A stretch of DNA of 64,000 nt from Candidatus Zixiibacteriota bacterium (lineage in GTDB: Bacteria; Zixibacteria; MSB-5A5; JAABVY01), in NCBI GenBank assembly GCA_011056555.1, contig DSEQ01000021.1, positions 1-64,000 on the forward strand. Direction: 5' to 3'. The translations under genes and the position numbers were made by a program. The notes under the pieces were generated by a model, which was not told the origin of the DNA, searched no databases, and saw only the letters and a list, made by a program, of their open reading frames with translations. Position 1 is the stretch's first letter. Each line of letters starts with the position of its first letter. Shown here piece by piece: positions 9,872 to 19,405 of the stretch.

Positions 9872-12738
9872 TATAGATTACTCCTTGCCCTGACCAAGCC
9901 CAGCGCCGCCCGGGCCATTATCTGTTTCTCGGTAGCCTGGAAGGCCGGTACGTCCGGGGTCTGAATATTGAAGATCTGTTGAATCACCGGCTGTTGTTCT
10001 TCTTTATGGTCTCCCGGTACGAGCCTTTCCCAGAATCTCGGATCTCTTAATTTATTAAGAGGTATGACCGCTTCCGGCACCTCGCCGATCATCGCCAGCT
10101 GAGGCTGGGTGACAATCCCGCCCATTTGAAATTCAGGTATGTTGGTTCCACCCCCAGCGGGAGCAGGGGTTACCGCGGCGGCCTCGGCTCCCCCTCCAGC
10201 GCCGAGCCAGCTGAAAATGCTCCCGCTGTTTTTGTAAATCATCTGCACAATGGTTTCCGAAAGCTGGCGCAAAAAGATATCGGTCAGGCGGCTGATGTAA
10301 TCATAGAAAGATTTGAATTGTCCTTTTAAGCCATCGAATAGGATATCCTCGAAGGTGCGCCGCATTCTCATGGCCAGCTTCTCGCCCCAAGACATGGTCT
10401 GCTGAGAGAGAACCTCCTGCATCTCCTTGATGGCCTTATCAATTTCTGCGATGCGTTTGTCGACTGTGTCGGCCACCACCTCGGCGGCGATTCCCAGAGA
10501 AAGCAGAGCCTGGCGTTCAATTTCAATCTGCTGCAACCTGGCATTTTTATATTTTTCGAAGTATTCTGTCAGCTGCCGCGCAGTGAGTCGTCCCGATTCA
10601 ATCATCTCCCGGTAAAGATCTATCTGAGTGGCAATTATTTCTCGGAGATTGTCAGAGGGCATACCTTCGGTCAGCAAGTCCTTAAAATCATTTTCAATAG
10701 ATGCAATCTGCCCGCTGACCCATGCTGCCACCGAGGATGCAGTCACACCGAGCATCATGAATTGCTCCGCCTCTGCCTCAATCTGCCGCAAGCGGGCCTC
10801 TTTATATGCCTCGAAATAATCCAGCAATTCATCGTTGGTCAGCTGGGTCGTGGATATTATATCTTCATAGACTGATATCTGTGTGGAGGCGGCGGCGGCC
10901 GCCTTGGTCAATCTGGCATAGCTGGCGGCCAGCTCGTCCACTGCTTTGGTCACACCAATGGTCTTGATCTCAACCTTCTTATAACGATCAATGACGTTCC
11001 CTCCCCCCGTGGGTTCCCCATAAATAAACTCCAGCACTTTCTGCTTGGCTTCCTCAATCTGTCGGGCGGCCTCGGCTGCCCAGCGCTCGTTTAGAATCTC
11101 GGTCGGCGATCTGAGATCGATGCCCTCGATCATGTCGTTCCAACTCTTCTGCCAGGCATCAATCATGGCCTGGCCGGTCGCCTGGCTTTCCTTCAAGACA
11201 TCGTAGAGCTCCTTGCCGATTCCCTTAAAATGCTTAAGGGCGCCTCTAAAGTCGAGGCGCACAAGAGCTGCCACCGACGCGCCGAATTTAAACAGCGCTT
11301 CGAAAACATTCTTGATAACATCATTGATCAGCCACCAGGCCATTCCTCCGATGGTCTTCATGACTGCGCCCGACACCGCCTTGATGACAGTCAGGATATT
11401 GCCGCCCCAGGTTTGAAGAGCAGTCATAAATAAGTTCCAGGGTTCGAAGTCGGGTGGTTCAAAGGCCTGCTGCATGGCCTCGGCATCGCTCTCCAGTGAA
11501 TCTCTGGCATCGGCTGAGACTGTCTTGAGATCATCCAGCATGTCATATAGCCCCCCCCACATGGCAGCGATAACAGATCCGACTGTATGTACGACCCTGA
11601 TGATGGTCTTGAAGACCTCGATTATATCCGAGGCGAAGGCGATAATCTTTTCTTTGTTTTCTCTGATCCATTCAGTTGTGGCTTCAACTGCCTTTTTGAG
11701 GTCCTCCCGGAAAGTCTCAAAGACATCGATGCTTAATGATTCGATAACTGACTTGAGCTCCTTAAAGGAACCACCCAGAGTGCTTCTCATCTTATCGGCC
11801 AGGGTGGCCGCTTCTCCGCCGGTATTTGCGAGGGTGTCCTGAAAGTCACGGGTGGTCGGAATCATGTCCTTTAAAATCAAGGCGGCCCGCCCGGCCCTTA
11901 TGCCGAACAGCTGCATGATATCGGCATTAGTTCGGCCCTCTGCCTGCATGGACTCGAGCACGTCCAGAAGATCGGAGGAGGTATAACCAAACTCGGCTGC
12001 AATATCATTAGCCTTCTGGATTGCCATAGCCAGTTGCGTGCCGGCCATCGAGCCCTGGACGCCAGCGTTGCCGAGTTGGCCGATCATTCCGGCCAGCTCC
12101 TCAATGGAGTAGCCGAAGGCATTGGCAACCGGAGCTCCGTACTTGAAGGCTTCGGCCATCTGCTCCATATTCACGTTCGACCTGGTGATCGTGCCCACGA
12201 AGACATCATTGACGCGGCTCAGCTGCTCGACAGGGAGTTGCATGGCGGTCAGCGCATTGGAGGCGATATCGGCCGCCCGGCCAAGATCGAGTCCGCCCGC
12301 GGTGGCCAGATCGAGTGTTCCGGGTAAGGCTGCGATAGCTTGATCTGCCTGGAAACCGGCCATTCCCAGAAAGCGCAGGGCTTCCCCTGCCTGGGAGGCG
12401 GTCCACTCTGTGGTCTCGCCCATCCGCCTGGCTGCCTCTGTGAGCTGGTCCATCTCCTCTCTGGTGGCCCGCATTACACCAGCCACTGTGGTCATGGTTT
12501 GCTCAAACTCGGCCCCGGTAGTGATTATTTTTTTTAAGGCTCCAATGACGGCAATTCCGCCCCCGATGGTCGCGAGTAGACCTCCCAGCTTGGTTACCGA
12601 GGCGGCTACAGCACCAATGCCCCTGGTGCCCATTACTGAAAACCGGCCTAAAATACCCTGTGCGCGGGCCGCATCCGCTTTCAGGCCCGCGGTATCCATT
12701 CCGATGTGCGCTGTCAGCTTACCAATATTGGCCATCAT
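9871..12738 (-). CDS. tail tape measure protein
   Basis: 955 aa, Ala/Gly-rich, coiled-coil and low-complexity; located between chaperone-like genes and the tail tip module. Confidence 0.75.
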   Translation of the reverse strand: MMANIGKLTAHIGMDTAGLKADAARAQGILGRFSVMGTRGIGAVAASVTKLGGLLATIGGGIAVIGALKKIITTGAEFEQTMTTVAGVMRATREEMDQLTEAARRMGETTEWTASQAGEALRFLGMAGFQADQAIAALPGTLDLATAGGLDLGRAADIASNALTAMQLPVEQLSRVNDVFVGTITRSNVNMEQMAEAFKYGAPVANAFGYSIEELAGMIGQLGNAGVQGSMAGTQLAMAIQKANDIAAEFGYTSSDLLDVLESMQAEGRTNADIMQLFGIRAGRAALILKDMIPTTRDFQDTLANTGGEAATLADKMRSTLGGSFKELKSVIESLSIDVFETFREDLKKAVEATTEWIRENKEKIIAFASDIIEVFKTIIRVVHTVGSVIAAMWGGLYDMLDDLKTVSADARDSLESDAEAMQQAFEPPDFEPWNLFMTALQTWGGNILTVIKAVSGAVMKTIGGMAWWLINDVIKNVFEALFKFGASVAALVRLDFRGALKHFKGIGKELYDVLKESQATGQAMIDAWQKSWNDMIEGIDLRSPTEILNERWAAEAARQIEEAKQKVLEFIYGEPTGGGNVIDRYKKVEIKTIGVTKAVDELAASYARLTKAAAAASTQISVYEDIISTTQLTNDELLDYFEAYKEARLRQIEAEAEQFMMLGVTASSVAAWVSGQIASIENDFKDLLTEGMPSDNLREIIATQIDLYREMIESGRLTARQLTEYFEKYKNARLQQIEIERQALLSLGIAAEVVADTVDKRIAEIDKAIKEMQEVLSQQTMSWGEKLAMRMRRTFEDILFDGLKGQFKSFYDYISRLTDIFLRQLSETIVQMIYKNSGSIFSWLGAGGGAEAAAVTPAPAGGGTNIPEFQMGGIVTQPQLAMIGEVPEAVIPLNKLRDPRFWERLVPGDHKEEQQPVIQQIFNIQTPDVPAFQATEKQIMARAALGLVRARSNL

Positions 12739-12977
12739 TCATCCTTCTTCTTTGCCAGGCCTTTCCGCTTGGCCCAGGCATATATGCTTTTCAGGATGGC
12801 CGCTTGCTCTGCGACCGTCTGCTTCGGTTTTTCATCTTGTTCTCGCGGCATAAAATCCTCCGGCTTATAGGCCCTGGAATTTTTCTTGCGGTGGATGTTT
12901 GCAATCAAAGCGGCCAGAATTCCGTTTCGCATATCTGCCGGATACTCTCCCCAGGGTTCGATGCTGTAATAGGCCAT
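12735..12977 (-). CDS. small tail-associated protein (second chaperone-like)
   Basis: 80 aa between tail assembly chaperone and TMP; 4-nt overlap with the TMP start. Confidence 0.3.
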   Translation of the reverse strand: MAYYSIEPWGEYPADMRNGILAALIANIHRKKNSRAYKPEDFMPREQDEKPKQTVAEQAAILKSIYAWAKRKGLAKKKDE

Positions 12978-13048
12978 CCATTCCGAGAGCTGCCGGCTGT
13001 TCAGTTTTTCCAGCAGATGATCCGGATGCGCATAACCCAGGGCCAGGG

Positions 13049-13435
13049 CTAAGCGGAACTGGAATTTTCGCCCTGGCCGCTGTTTGAGTTTTTTGCCAGA
13101 TCCTCGATGTCCTCTTTGGTTAGGCCGTTAATCCTCTGCGCGACTGCAAAGAGCCTGTCCAAGGCCCTGGCCGACTTCTTTCCCAGGAGTTCGGCGTCTT
13201 TATACTGGAAGAGCTTTCTGCCCTCCTTGTCAACGACTGTCAGCGCAACCAGCTTGGCCCTCAGGTTCGCCATTTCGACCTTGCCTCCGCGGTAGACGTC
13301 GGCTTCGAAAATGTCACGTTCCTTGGCTGTCATGGTAGAGACATAAACCGCGCCGCCCCATTCCGGCACTTCCACGAATTCGGACTTCGAATCATCTGCT
13401 TTTAGAATTTCATCTTTGGTTAAGATTTTAGACAC
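13049..13435 (-). CDS. tail assembly chaperone-like protein
   Basis: 128 aa, acidic C-terminus; conserved position between major tail protein and TMP. Confidence 0.4.
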   Translation of the reverse strand: MSKILTKDEILKADDSKSEFVEVPEWGGAVYVSTMTAKERDIFEADVYRGGKVEMANLRAKLVALTVVDKEGRKLFQYKDAELLGKKSARALDRLFAVAQRINGLTKEDIEDLAKNSNSGQGENSSSA

Positions 13436-13450
13436 AATTCCTCCTATTGG

Positions 13451-13885
13451 TTAGGATGTAAGGCTGACAGCTCCCGTCAGCTTGATAGTCACGTTGAGCT
13501 TGATGGCATCCGCCGGGTCGATGTCCAAGGGCAGATCCATGACGAACCCGGCAAAATCCAGAACCGATGCTTCCGTGTTGGGCAGCACGATCTGATAGTT
13601 GACCGAATCATCTGACAGGAAATCGGTCAGCATCTCGGAATACCCGTCGAGGGTGAAGTTCATCTCCAAGGTCAGCTCTCCACCGTCCCTGAATCCGGCG
13701 ATGAACTCGCGCCACCCCCCCGTAGAATCGAGCGAGGTGACATCGATCAACTCTCTGGTCTGCCCGGGTCCGCCGATACGCGTGATCTCAGCTATGGCCG
13801 TGAAGGTCTCGGAGCTCGCTCCGTCTCCACGTTTGAACTGAGTTCCCACACCTGCTACAGCGTTACTCATAGTAACCTCCTTCAT
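13451..13885 (-). CDS. major tail protein (TP901-1/GTA g9-like)
   Basis: AGVGTQFKRGDGASSETFTAIAEITRIGGPGQTRELIDVTSLDS resembles the TP901-1 family major tail protein consensus. Confidence 0.55.
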   Translation of the reverse strand: MKEVTMSNAVAGVGTQFKRGDGASSETFTAIAEITRIGGPGQTRELIDVTSLDSTGGWREFIAGFRDGGELTLEMNFTLDGYSEMLTDFLSDDSVNYQIVLPNTEASVLDFAGFVMDLPLDIDPADAIKLNVTIKLTGAVSLTS

Positions 13886-14277
13886 GCATTTGTTCTATGC
13901 ATCCTGAAATTGACCGTCAAAAGTGGTCTGTGATTGTCATCATATCCGAGGAACAGGATGTCTCCCTGTGCCCAGATTGCTATGTATCGAGTCGAATTGA
14001 TTGTGTAATTCGCCACGACATGCAGACTGTCCTGGATGTCCTTGGCCAGCGCATATGCATCCCGGTATTTTCCTTTGGCGCCGCGGATTCTGACCTGAAT
14101 GGTGGGCCGCTTGTAAACGAAATTCTCTTCCGGATCCGAGCCTCCGGTGTCATAGATGGCCACACATTCATCCGGACTGGCCGGCATCTCCGAAACAAAC
14201 AGGTTCGTCCTGAATACCAGTCCCAGACTGGAATCAGCACCCAGAATGTCTTTTATGTCATGGCTTGGTGCGTTCAT
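13882..14277 (-). CDS. tail terminator / completion protein (DUF3168-like)
   Basis: 131 aa; position upstream of the major tail protein. Confidence 0.35.
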   Translation of the reverse strand: MNAPSHDIKDILGADSSLGLVFRTNLFVSEMPASPDECVAIYDTGGSDPEENFVYKRPTIQVRIRGAKGKYRDAYALAKDIQDSLHVVANYTINSTRYIAIWAQGDILFLGYDDNHRPLLTVNFRMHRTNA

Positions 14278-14380
14278 ATGCTCACCTCAAAACAAAAAGG
14301 CCGGATCCGGGAGTATGCCCGGCATCCGGCCTTCTGTTCTCCAGAACTTCCGACCTTTGGACTTCAAACAACTATAATTC

Positions 14381-14542
14381 TTATGCCAATTTGATCGGTA
14401 CCGATATCTCCTTTTTGCATTTATCGCATTTGGTCAGCGCTATACCGTTTATTATTCTGACCTTGCGCACTCTAATTATGGTCACACTATTGGAGGCGGT
14501 CTCGATTATCTTTCTGCCGCAATGCTCGCAACGATAAAGCAT
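14381..14542 (-). CDS. small zinc-ribbon protein (53 aa)
   Basis: MLYRCEHCGRK...TKCDKCKK with two CxxC pairs; start sits 1 nt after the stop of the upstream gp10-like gene; below the ORF-track size cut-off. Confidence 0.3.
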   Translation of the reverse strand: MLYRCEHCGRKIIETASNSVTIIRVRKVRIINGIALTKCDKCKKEISVPIKLA

Positions 14543-14543
14543 A

Positions 14544-14909
14544 TCAGACCTTGACCTTGCTTCTTATGGCTTCCAGCACCTCGCCCTGTTTATCCTTCAA
14601 TGCGGTTTCCAGGAACTTCCATTGGCCAATATTGTGGAAGCGGTCTATCTCATGAACAAAAGGCGCATAGGAAGCTGTATATCCGATCTCGGCGCCCGGG
14701 CCTTTCGGCAGATCGATCATCGTATGGTATGCCGAGGCCCTGAGGTTGCCGGTCTTGACCGGAGTCAGCTCCATGGATCTCCGCTGAACAATCAGGGCTG
14801 CCTTTTGCATCCCTGCCCGGGTGCGTCCCCTGATGCCCGATATCTCCCGGTTTAGATTTGCCAGGACCCTGTTAAGGCCCGTGAATGTTACCCGGCTTTT
14901 TACAGCCAT
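14544..14909 (-). CDS. HK97 gp10-like tail component
   Basis: FTGLNRVLANL...TPVKTGNLRAS motif of the HK97 gp10 family. Confidence 0.5.
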   Translation of the reverse strand: MAVKSRVTFTGLNRVLANLNREISGIRGRTRAGMQKAALIVQRRSMELTPVKTGNLRASAYHTMIDLPKGPGAEIGYTASYAPFVHEIDRFHNIGQWKFLETALKDKQGEVLEAIRSKVKV

Positions 14910-15259
14910 ACCTTCCTCACATATATGTCTGTCTTCAAATTAGGGACCGACTCCTTCGAGCGAATCTCAAAAGCTGAATCACACACCAGAGGATCGGCCC
15001 GTTCTTCTGCCGTCAAATCGGATAGCTCGCCCAGGAAGAGGTAACCGCCCATATCCAAATCCTGGCCCACATAGACAACCGCCTGCGATCTGACCTCCCT
15101 CCCCTGAGAATCGACAAATATATCCTGGCGCTCCTCCCATCTGCAATCGATCTCGGCTGCTACATCATAGGATCTTCCGCCGAATCCATCAGGTTGCGGA
15201 TTGGCCCAATAAACGGCCGTCTGCTTAAGCAGACTGGTTATCAATTTGGATCTGCTCAT
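14900..15259 (-). CDS. head-tail adaptor / head closure protein
   Basis: 119 aa; position and size. Confidence 0.4.
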   Translation of the reverse strand: MSRSKLITSLLKQTAVYWANPQPDGFGGRSYDVAAEIDCRWEERQDIFVDSQGREVRSQAVVYVGQDLDMGGYLFLGELSDLTAEERADPLVCDSAFEIRSKESVPNLKTDIYVRKVWL

Positions 15260-15618
15260 GTTATGGTCTTCGCCTCCGCCGGGCCCTTGCTTTGACCAAG
15301 CTCTGCCAGGATGCCCTTATACTCGAGCACCTTAACCTGCTGGCCATAGCGCGTAAAATCCAGTCCCATACCGGTCTTGCCCTCATAGGTTGCATCCGCA
15401 TCTCCGAGCTTCTCCCTTGAGGTCTGAGGATCCAGCATGGCCGCAAGGTGAGCGGCAAGCCAGCGTTCGATCTCTGCCAGAAGGTCTGTTCTATATTCGC
15501 CGGTCAGTTTATCGGTCACCACCAGGTTGGCAGCCTGCAGAAATGGAGTGATCTGTGCCTGGGTCAAAGCCGTATCCATGATCTCCAGGACCTCATTTTC
15601 TTGAATTCTAAATGCCAT
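15256..15618 (-). CDS. gp6-like head-tail connector protein
   Basis: N-terminal VLEIMDTALTQAQITPFLQAANLVVTDKLTG resembles Phage_connect_1. Confidence 0.45.
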   Translation of the reverse strand: MAFRIQENEVLEIMDTALTQAQITPFLQAANLVVTDKLTGEYRTDLLAEIERWLAAHLAAMLDPQTSREKLGDADATYEGKTGMGLDFTRYGQQVKVLEYKGILAELGQSKGPAEAKTIT

Positions 15619-15632
15619 AATGGCCTCCGCTG

Positions 15633-16298
15633 TTATTTCTTGACCTCAAATACGCCCCCCTTCCACAGTACCGGCGCCAGAAAGTCCTCCACGTCGGCAA
15701 TATCCCATCTCAGTCCCAGCGCCAGAATAAGATCTTTTAGTTCCGACAGATCACCGGTCATCAGCTTATGCGGCCAGATCGTCCATGTGCTCGCGTTCGC
15801 ACTTACGATCTCCGGGAAACGTCTTTTGTGCCAGTCGACCCATTCCTGCCAGCCATATTTATTCTTATACCCGTTCATATATCCGGTCCTTATGCAAGCC
15901 GAGACGATATCCTGATCCTCACGTCGTACTATGATCCAGCGCGCGCGAGGAAATGCCTGAGTCCAGATCGGCCAGATAAGGCAGCTGAGCGGGCTGGCAT
16001 AATATATCTGGCCCTCTTTACCCGCTACGGTTCGCTCTATATTTCTTCTCCAGGGCAGGGCGACAATTTTAGATACTTTCAGACATTGGCTGATTGAAGG
16101 CAATGGATTCTGCCCGCTACAATCCGCCCGCAGGCCCCTCAATATGGGTTTGACCATGGTTTCCCTGATTTCATCGCGGTCGGAGACGGCATTATGCGCT
16201 CCGCAGAGCTGCAGGACATCCCCGATCAGGGAGATTCCGGAGCGTGCCGCCCCGGTTATGAGAATCAGTTCATGCATTTTTCCGTTTATCTTTCTCAA
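15633..16298 (-). CDS. sulfotransferase (Stf0-like)
   Basis: PAPS 5'-PSB-like ILITGAARSGISL and 3'-PB-like IIVRREDQDIVSA motifs; alternative start at 16277. Confidence 0.5.
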   Translation of the reverse strand: MRKINGKMHELILITGAARSGISLIGDVLQLCGAHNAVSDRDEIRETMVKPILRGLRADCSGQNPLPSISQCLKVSKIVALPWRRNIERTVAGKEGQIYYASPLSCLIWPIWTQAFPRARWIIVRREDQDIVSACIRTGYMNGYKNKYGWQEWVDWHKRRFPEIVSANASTWTIWPHKLMTGDLSELKDLILALGLRWDIADVEDFLAPVLWKGGVFEVKK

Positions 16299-16992
16299 AC
16301 AGGCCCCGGTTTCGCCTCAATTTCTGCATATACACATTCCGCGGAATGACTTCTGTCAATTTCTCATGCTTCTGGTGATACACCAACAGCTCATCCGATA
16401 CCAGGATCTTGAGACCGGCTTTGGTTACCCTATCCAGGAAGGAATTGTCGTCGTACCCGATTCCTTCCGCGTAGCGCTCATCAAAGCCGCCGATCTTCCT
16501 GTAGTTCTCACGGCTCAACGCTGTACAGAAGTGATAGCGCACATCGCGATGTTTGGTGTGCTGATACCACATGTGCACCTGCGGTTTCAGATCGTCGAAG
16601 GTCTTCAGCCGAACAGCTGTATCGGCCAGGCTCAAACAGGCGCATACCACATAATCTGCCCGACTCAACAATTTGTCCATTCCGCCCAGTATATCCGACT
16701 TGTGGAAGCATTCCGGGTTGGTGATCACCAGATATTTACCCCGGGCCCTGGCGGCTCCGGCATTAAAGAGCCGTGAGGGATTATATTCCCCCTGAGCTCC
16801 TGCCTTGATAGCCAAAATATTCATTTCCGGGAATTCTGAAATGGTACCCTGCAGGTCGTCCTCGCTCTTAATATCTTCAATCAGTATTACCTCATAGTCA
16901 TTTCGGTCTTCATAGTGGTAATCAAACGATAGCAGCGTATTGTAGAGTTGAATTGCTCGATTGTGATAGGGCATTATGATGCTGTATTTCAT
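16270..16992 (-). CDS. family 2 glycosyltransferase
   Basis: Start set at MKYSIIMPYHN (ATGA overlap with upstream gene); IIMPYHN...EVILIEDIKSEDD GT-A fold motifs. Confidence 0.55.
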   Translation of the reverse strand: MKYSIIMPYHNRAIQLYNTLLSFDYHYEDRNDYEVILIEDIKSEDDLQGTISEFPEMNILAIKAGAQGEYNPSRLFNAGAARARGKYLVITNPECFHKSDILGGMDKLLSRADYVVCACLSLADTAVRLKTFDDLKPQVHMWYQHTKHRDVRYHFCTALSRENYRKIGGFDERYAEGIGYDDNSFLDRVTKAGLKILVSDELLVYHQKHEKLTEVIPRNVYMQKLRRNRGLFEKDKRKNA

Positions 16993-17834
16993 GAAATCCT
17001 CCTGAGCACATCGATCATTAAATCGGTGATATTGGACCTTATCTCTTTTATATTTTTCTCTGTTATCATGTCCTGCCAGTGACCGAAAGCAGGACAGCCA
17101 CCAAACCAATGCACTCCGATCGTATGCGGCAGGATGAGAATGTCATTTTGGCCATAGAGCAGACCGGCCCTTCCCGGAGGGACCGGATAGACCGAATGAA
17201 AGGGAATATTTGATATCACGCAGTCCTCAACTTCACGCTTTCCCGGCCAATAGAATCTATCCAGCACCCTGCGGCCGGCGCTCTGATAATCCGCGGGATC
17301 GAAATGAGAGAGTGCCAGTTTGAAGACATCGGAAAAGAAGCTCCAGCCGTCTTCAATTGCTGAGAAGAGAAAGCCGATGCTGTGGTAGCGCTCGCGCCGA
17401 GGGGTGGTATGGCAGCAGACCCCCACATCGGCACCTGGACGGACATACAGGGCCGTCATCGGCCGAATATATAGGATATCGAAGTCTGACCATATCCCGC
17501 CTTCTTTGCCGAGAATATACCAGCGCAGGAAATCTGACTTGAATACTTCCGCGATTTTATCATCGACACCGATCTCAGTGAAATTGAATTGCCTGATTGA
17601 AATCCGGGGCAGCTGTACCAGGTCCGGGAAATAGTCCCTTATTTCACGTGACCTCGAGAACTTATGCTCTTTGGTTGTCCAGGTGATTGCAGATGATGAT
17701 TTTTCCGGATAATGTACGATCACATCATAATCCGGGTTAAAATGGACAAACGACCGCACCGTCAGGTAGCGCATGAAAGTCAAGGGCACATTCTTTCCCC
17801 AGTAGAGGTGCAATATTTTTGGAATCTTATGCAT
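16989..17834 (-). CDS. glycosyltransferase, DXD sugar-binding type (Gly_transf_sug-like)
   Basis: IPKILHLYWGKN N-terminal motif; DFDI. Confidence 0.45.
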   Translation of the reverse strand: MHKIPKILHLYWGKNVPLTFMRYLTVRSFVHFNPDYDVIVHYPEKSSSAITWTTKEHKFSRSREIRDYFPDLVQLPRISIRQFNFTEIGVDDKIAEVFKSDFLRWYILGKEGGIWSDFDILYIRPMTALYVRPGADVGVCCHTTPRRERYHSIGFLFSAIEDGWSFFSDVFKLALSHFDPADYQSAGRRVLDRFYWPGKREVEDCVISNIPFHSVYPVPPGRAGLLYGQNDILILPHTIGVHWFGGCPAFGHWQDMITEKNIKEIRSNITDLMIDVLRRIS

Positions 17835-19405
17835 TATCTTGTTCCGATCTGTTTTATGTCCCTAACTCTGGCGACCTGGGCGCCATTCCACAGATTGTCA
17901 TCAGTTGCTTTGCCCTTCTCGAAACTTCGCGTCTTGCTCTTCGAGATAACCCGGCCGCCGGCCAGATCAACCAGGCGCTCGAAATGCTCGGGTGTCCTTT
18001 GCACAGTGCCCATTCTCTGTCTCTCCAGTGTTTCGTCGTATTCCCGATTGCCATTGGGCGGGGAGGCGTATTGAATGGCCAGGGGAGCGTTATCCTTCAG
18101 GCTTCGCAACACATTCTGCATGAGCACGATTAGATCAATATCGCTGGCATGCTGAGCCACCAGGTTACATATGGCCAGGTCATACTGCCTGCTCGGTAGC
18201 TGGCGGGGGTCCGTGAAGCCTCTATCTATGTAATCCAGACAATTCTCAATGGCATTCCGGGATATATCCAGGCCGTCGACTATTATGTCCCGAGCATTCA
18301 GCTCCTTCGAGCACCGCCCGGTACCCAGGCCTATATTGAGAATCCGCATTCCCGGCCTCAGGAAATCTGCAAAGCCCAGGAAATTCGCCACATTGCTAAT
18401 GCTGCTGCCGGTCAAAAACCTGATCTCATGCTTCTGGTGGTTATTCTCCCAGAATGACTTTATGCCATCCCTATAGGCCGCCTGCCAGCTGCTGTCAATA
18501 TGATCACCCCGCCGCCATCCTGCGGCCTTCACTTGATAATAATTCCACCAGAAATCGCATCTCAGACAAAGGCTCGAGGGCCTTCTCCAGAGCTTTTTGA
18601 AATTGGCCTCGATCGTCTCCCAGTCATCTTTGAGGATATTGGCGAAATTGGTCTCGCCCCGGATCACGTCGTAGGCGCAGAAGCAGCAATCCCCGTTCGG
18701 TTTTATCTGCATGGCGCCCTTGTAGCCGTCGCAAGTCCAGGAGTGATACATAATCGAGCGGTCAATTACTCCGGTGATGATTTTGCCGCCCCATTTGATC
18801 TCGGCATCCTTGGCCCATTCCACGCGATAGCCGGCAAAAGCTTTCCTGACCGAGGCTTCATCAGCGCCGGTCACCTCATTGCAACCGATCTCAACCTTAA
18901 ATCCAGGCTTATTTTTATCACGATATCGTATGAATTCGATGGCATTTTTATAGCAGCGCTCCCACTTCAATCCGGTCAACCGTTCAAACTCGCTGCCCAC
19001 ATTGGGGAAGGAGAGTGTAATATTCGAGCATGCCTGAAATATTTTATCGAAGACCTCCGGCCGCAGCAGGCTCGCATTCGTGTTAAGTCCGAGATAATTC
19101 GTCATGACTCCAATCTGACGCCCATACTCGATCTTGTTAAACAGATCCCGATCGGCCAGGGGCTCACCGAAGCAGAACATGGCCCCGATCTTCAGGCCGC
19201 GCTCCTTGACCTTATGGGCAATTTCAACAAAGTCTGCCGGCCGCAAGAATTTTATCGGGCGCTCCATGCGCTCATACAGACAGAACTTGCAACGGGCATT
19301 GCAAAAGTTGGTCGTCTCCACATAGACAAGACTGGGATAAGGACGGCCGTCCCAATGGTGCCTCATCATCTCCGTGCTTTCTTTTAGAATCGGGATCTTA
19401 GCCAT
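17834..19405 (-). CDS. radical SAM / SPASM-like domain fused to class I SAM methyltransferase
   Basis: CNARCKFC (CxxxCxxC); later Cys cluster CDGY...CCFCAY...CLRCDFW; C-terminal ILNIGLGTGRCS methyltransferase motif I. Confidence 0.6.
   Translation of the reverse strand: MAKIPILKESTEMMRHHWDGRPYPSLVYVETTNFCNARCKFCLYERMERPIKFLRPADFVEIAHKVKERGLKIGAMFCFGEPLADRDLFNKIEYGRQIGVMTNYLGLNTNASLLRPEVFDKIFQACSNITLSFPNVGSEFERLTGLKWERCYKNAIEFIRYRDKNKPGFKVEIGCNEVTGADEASVRKAFAGYRVEWAKDAEIKWGGKIITGVIDRSIMYHSWTCDGYKGAMQIKPNGDCCFCAYDVIRGETNFANILKDDWETIEANFKKLWRRPSSLCLRCDFWWNYYQVKAAGWRRGDHIDSSWQAAYRDGIKSFWENNHQKHEIRFLTGSSISNVANFLGFADFLRPGMRILNIGLGTGRCSKELNARDIIVDGLDISRNAIENCLDYIDRGFTDPRQLPSRQYDLAICNLVAQHASDIDLIVLMQNVLRSLKDNAPLAIQYASPPNGNREYDETLERQRMGTVQRTPEHFERLVDLAGGRVISKSKTRSFEKGKATDDNLWNGAQVARVRDIKQIGTR

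Noticed and set aside
12735-13435. Programmed -1 frameshift (G/GT-like) between the tail assembly chaperone and the following small gene
   Set aside because: The two ORFs are separated by a 70-nt gap and do not overlap, so no slippery-site fusion is supported.
16144-19387. Plus-strand ORFs 16144-16776 (210 aa) and 18500-19387 (295 aa)
   Set aside because: They are antisense to the glycosyltransferase and radical SAM genes, which carry clear catalytic motifs. The antisense products have no motifs.
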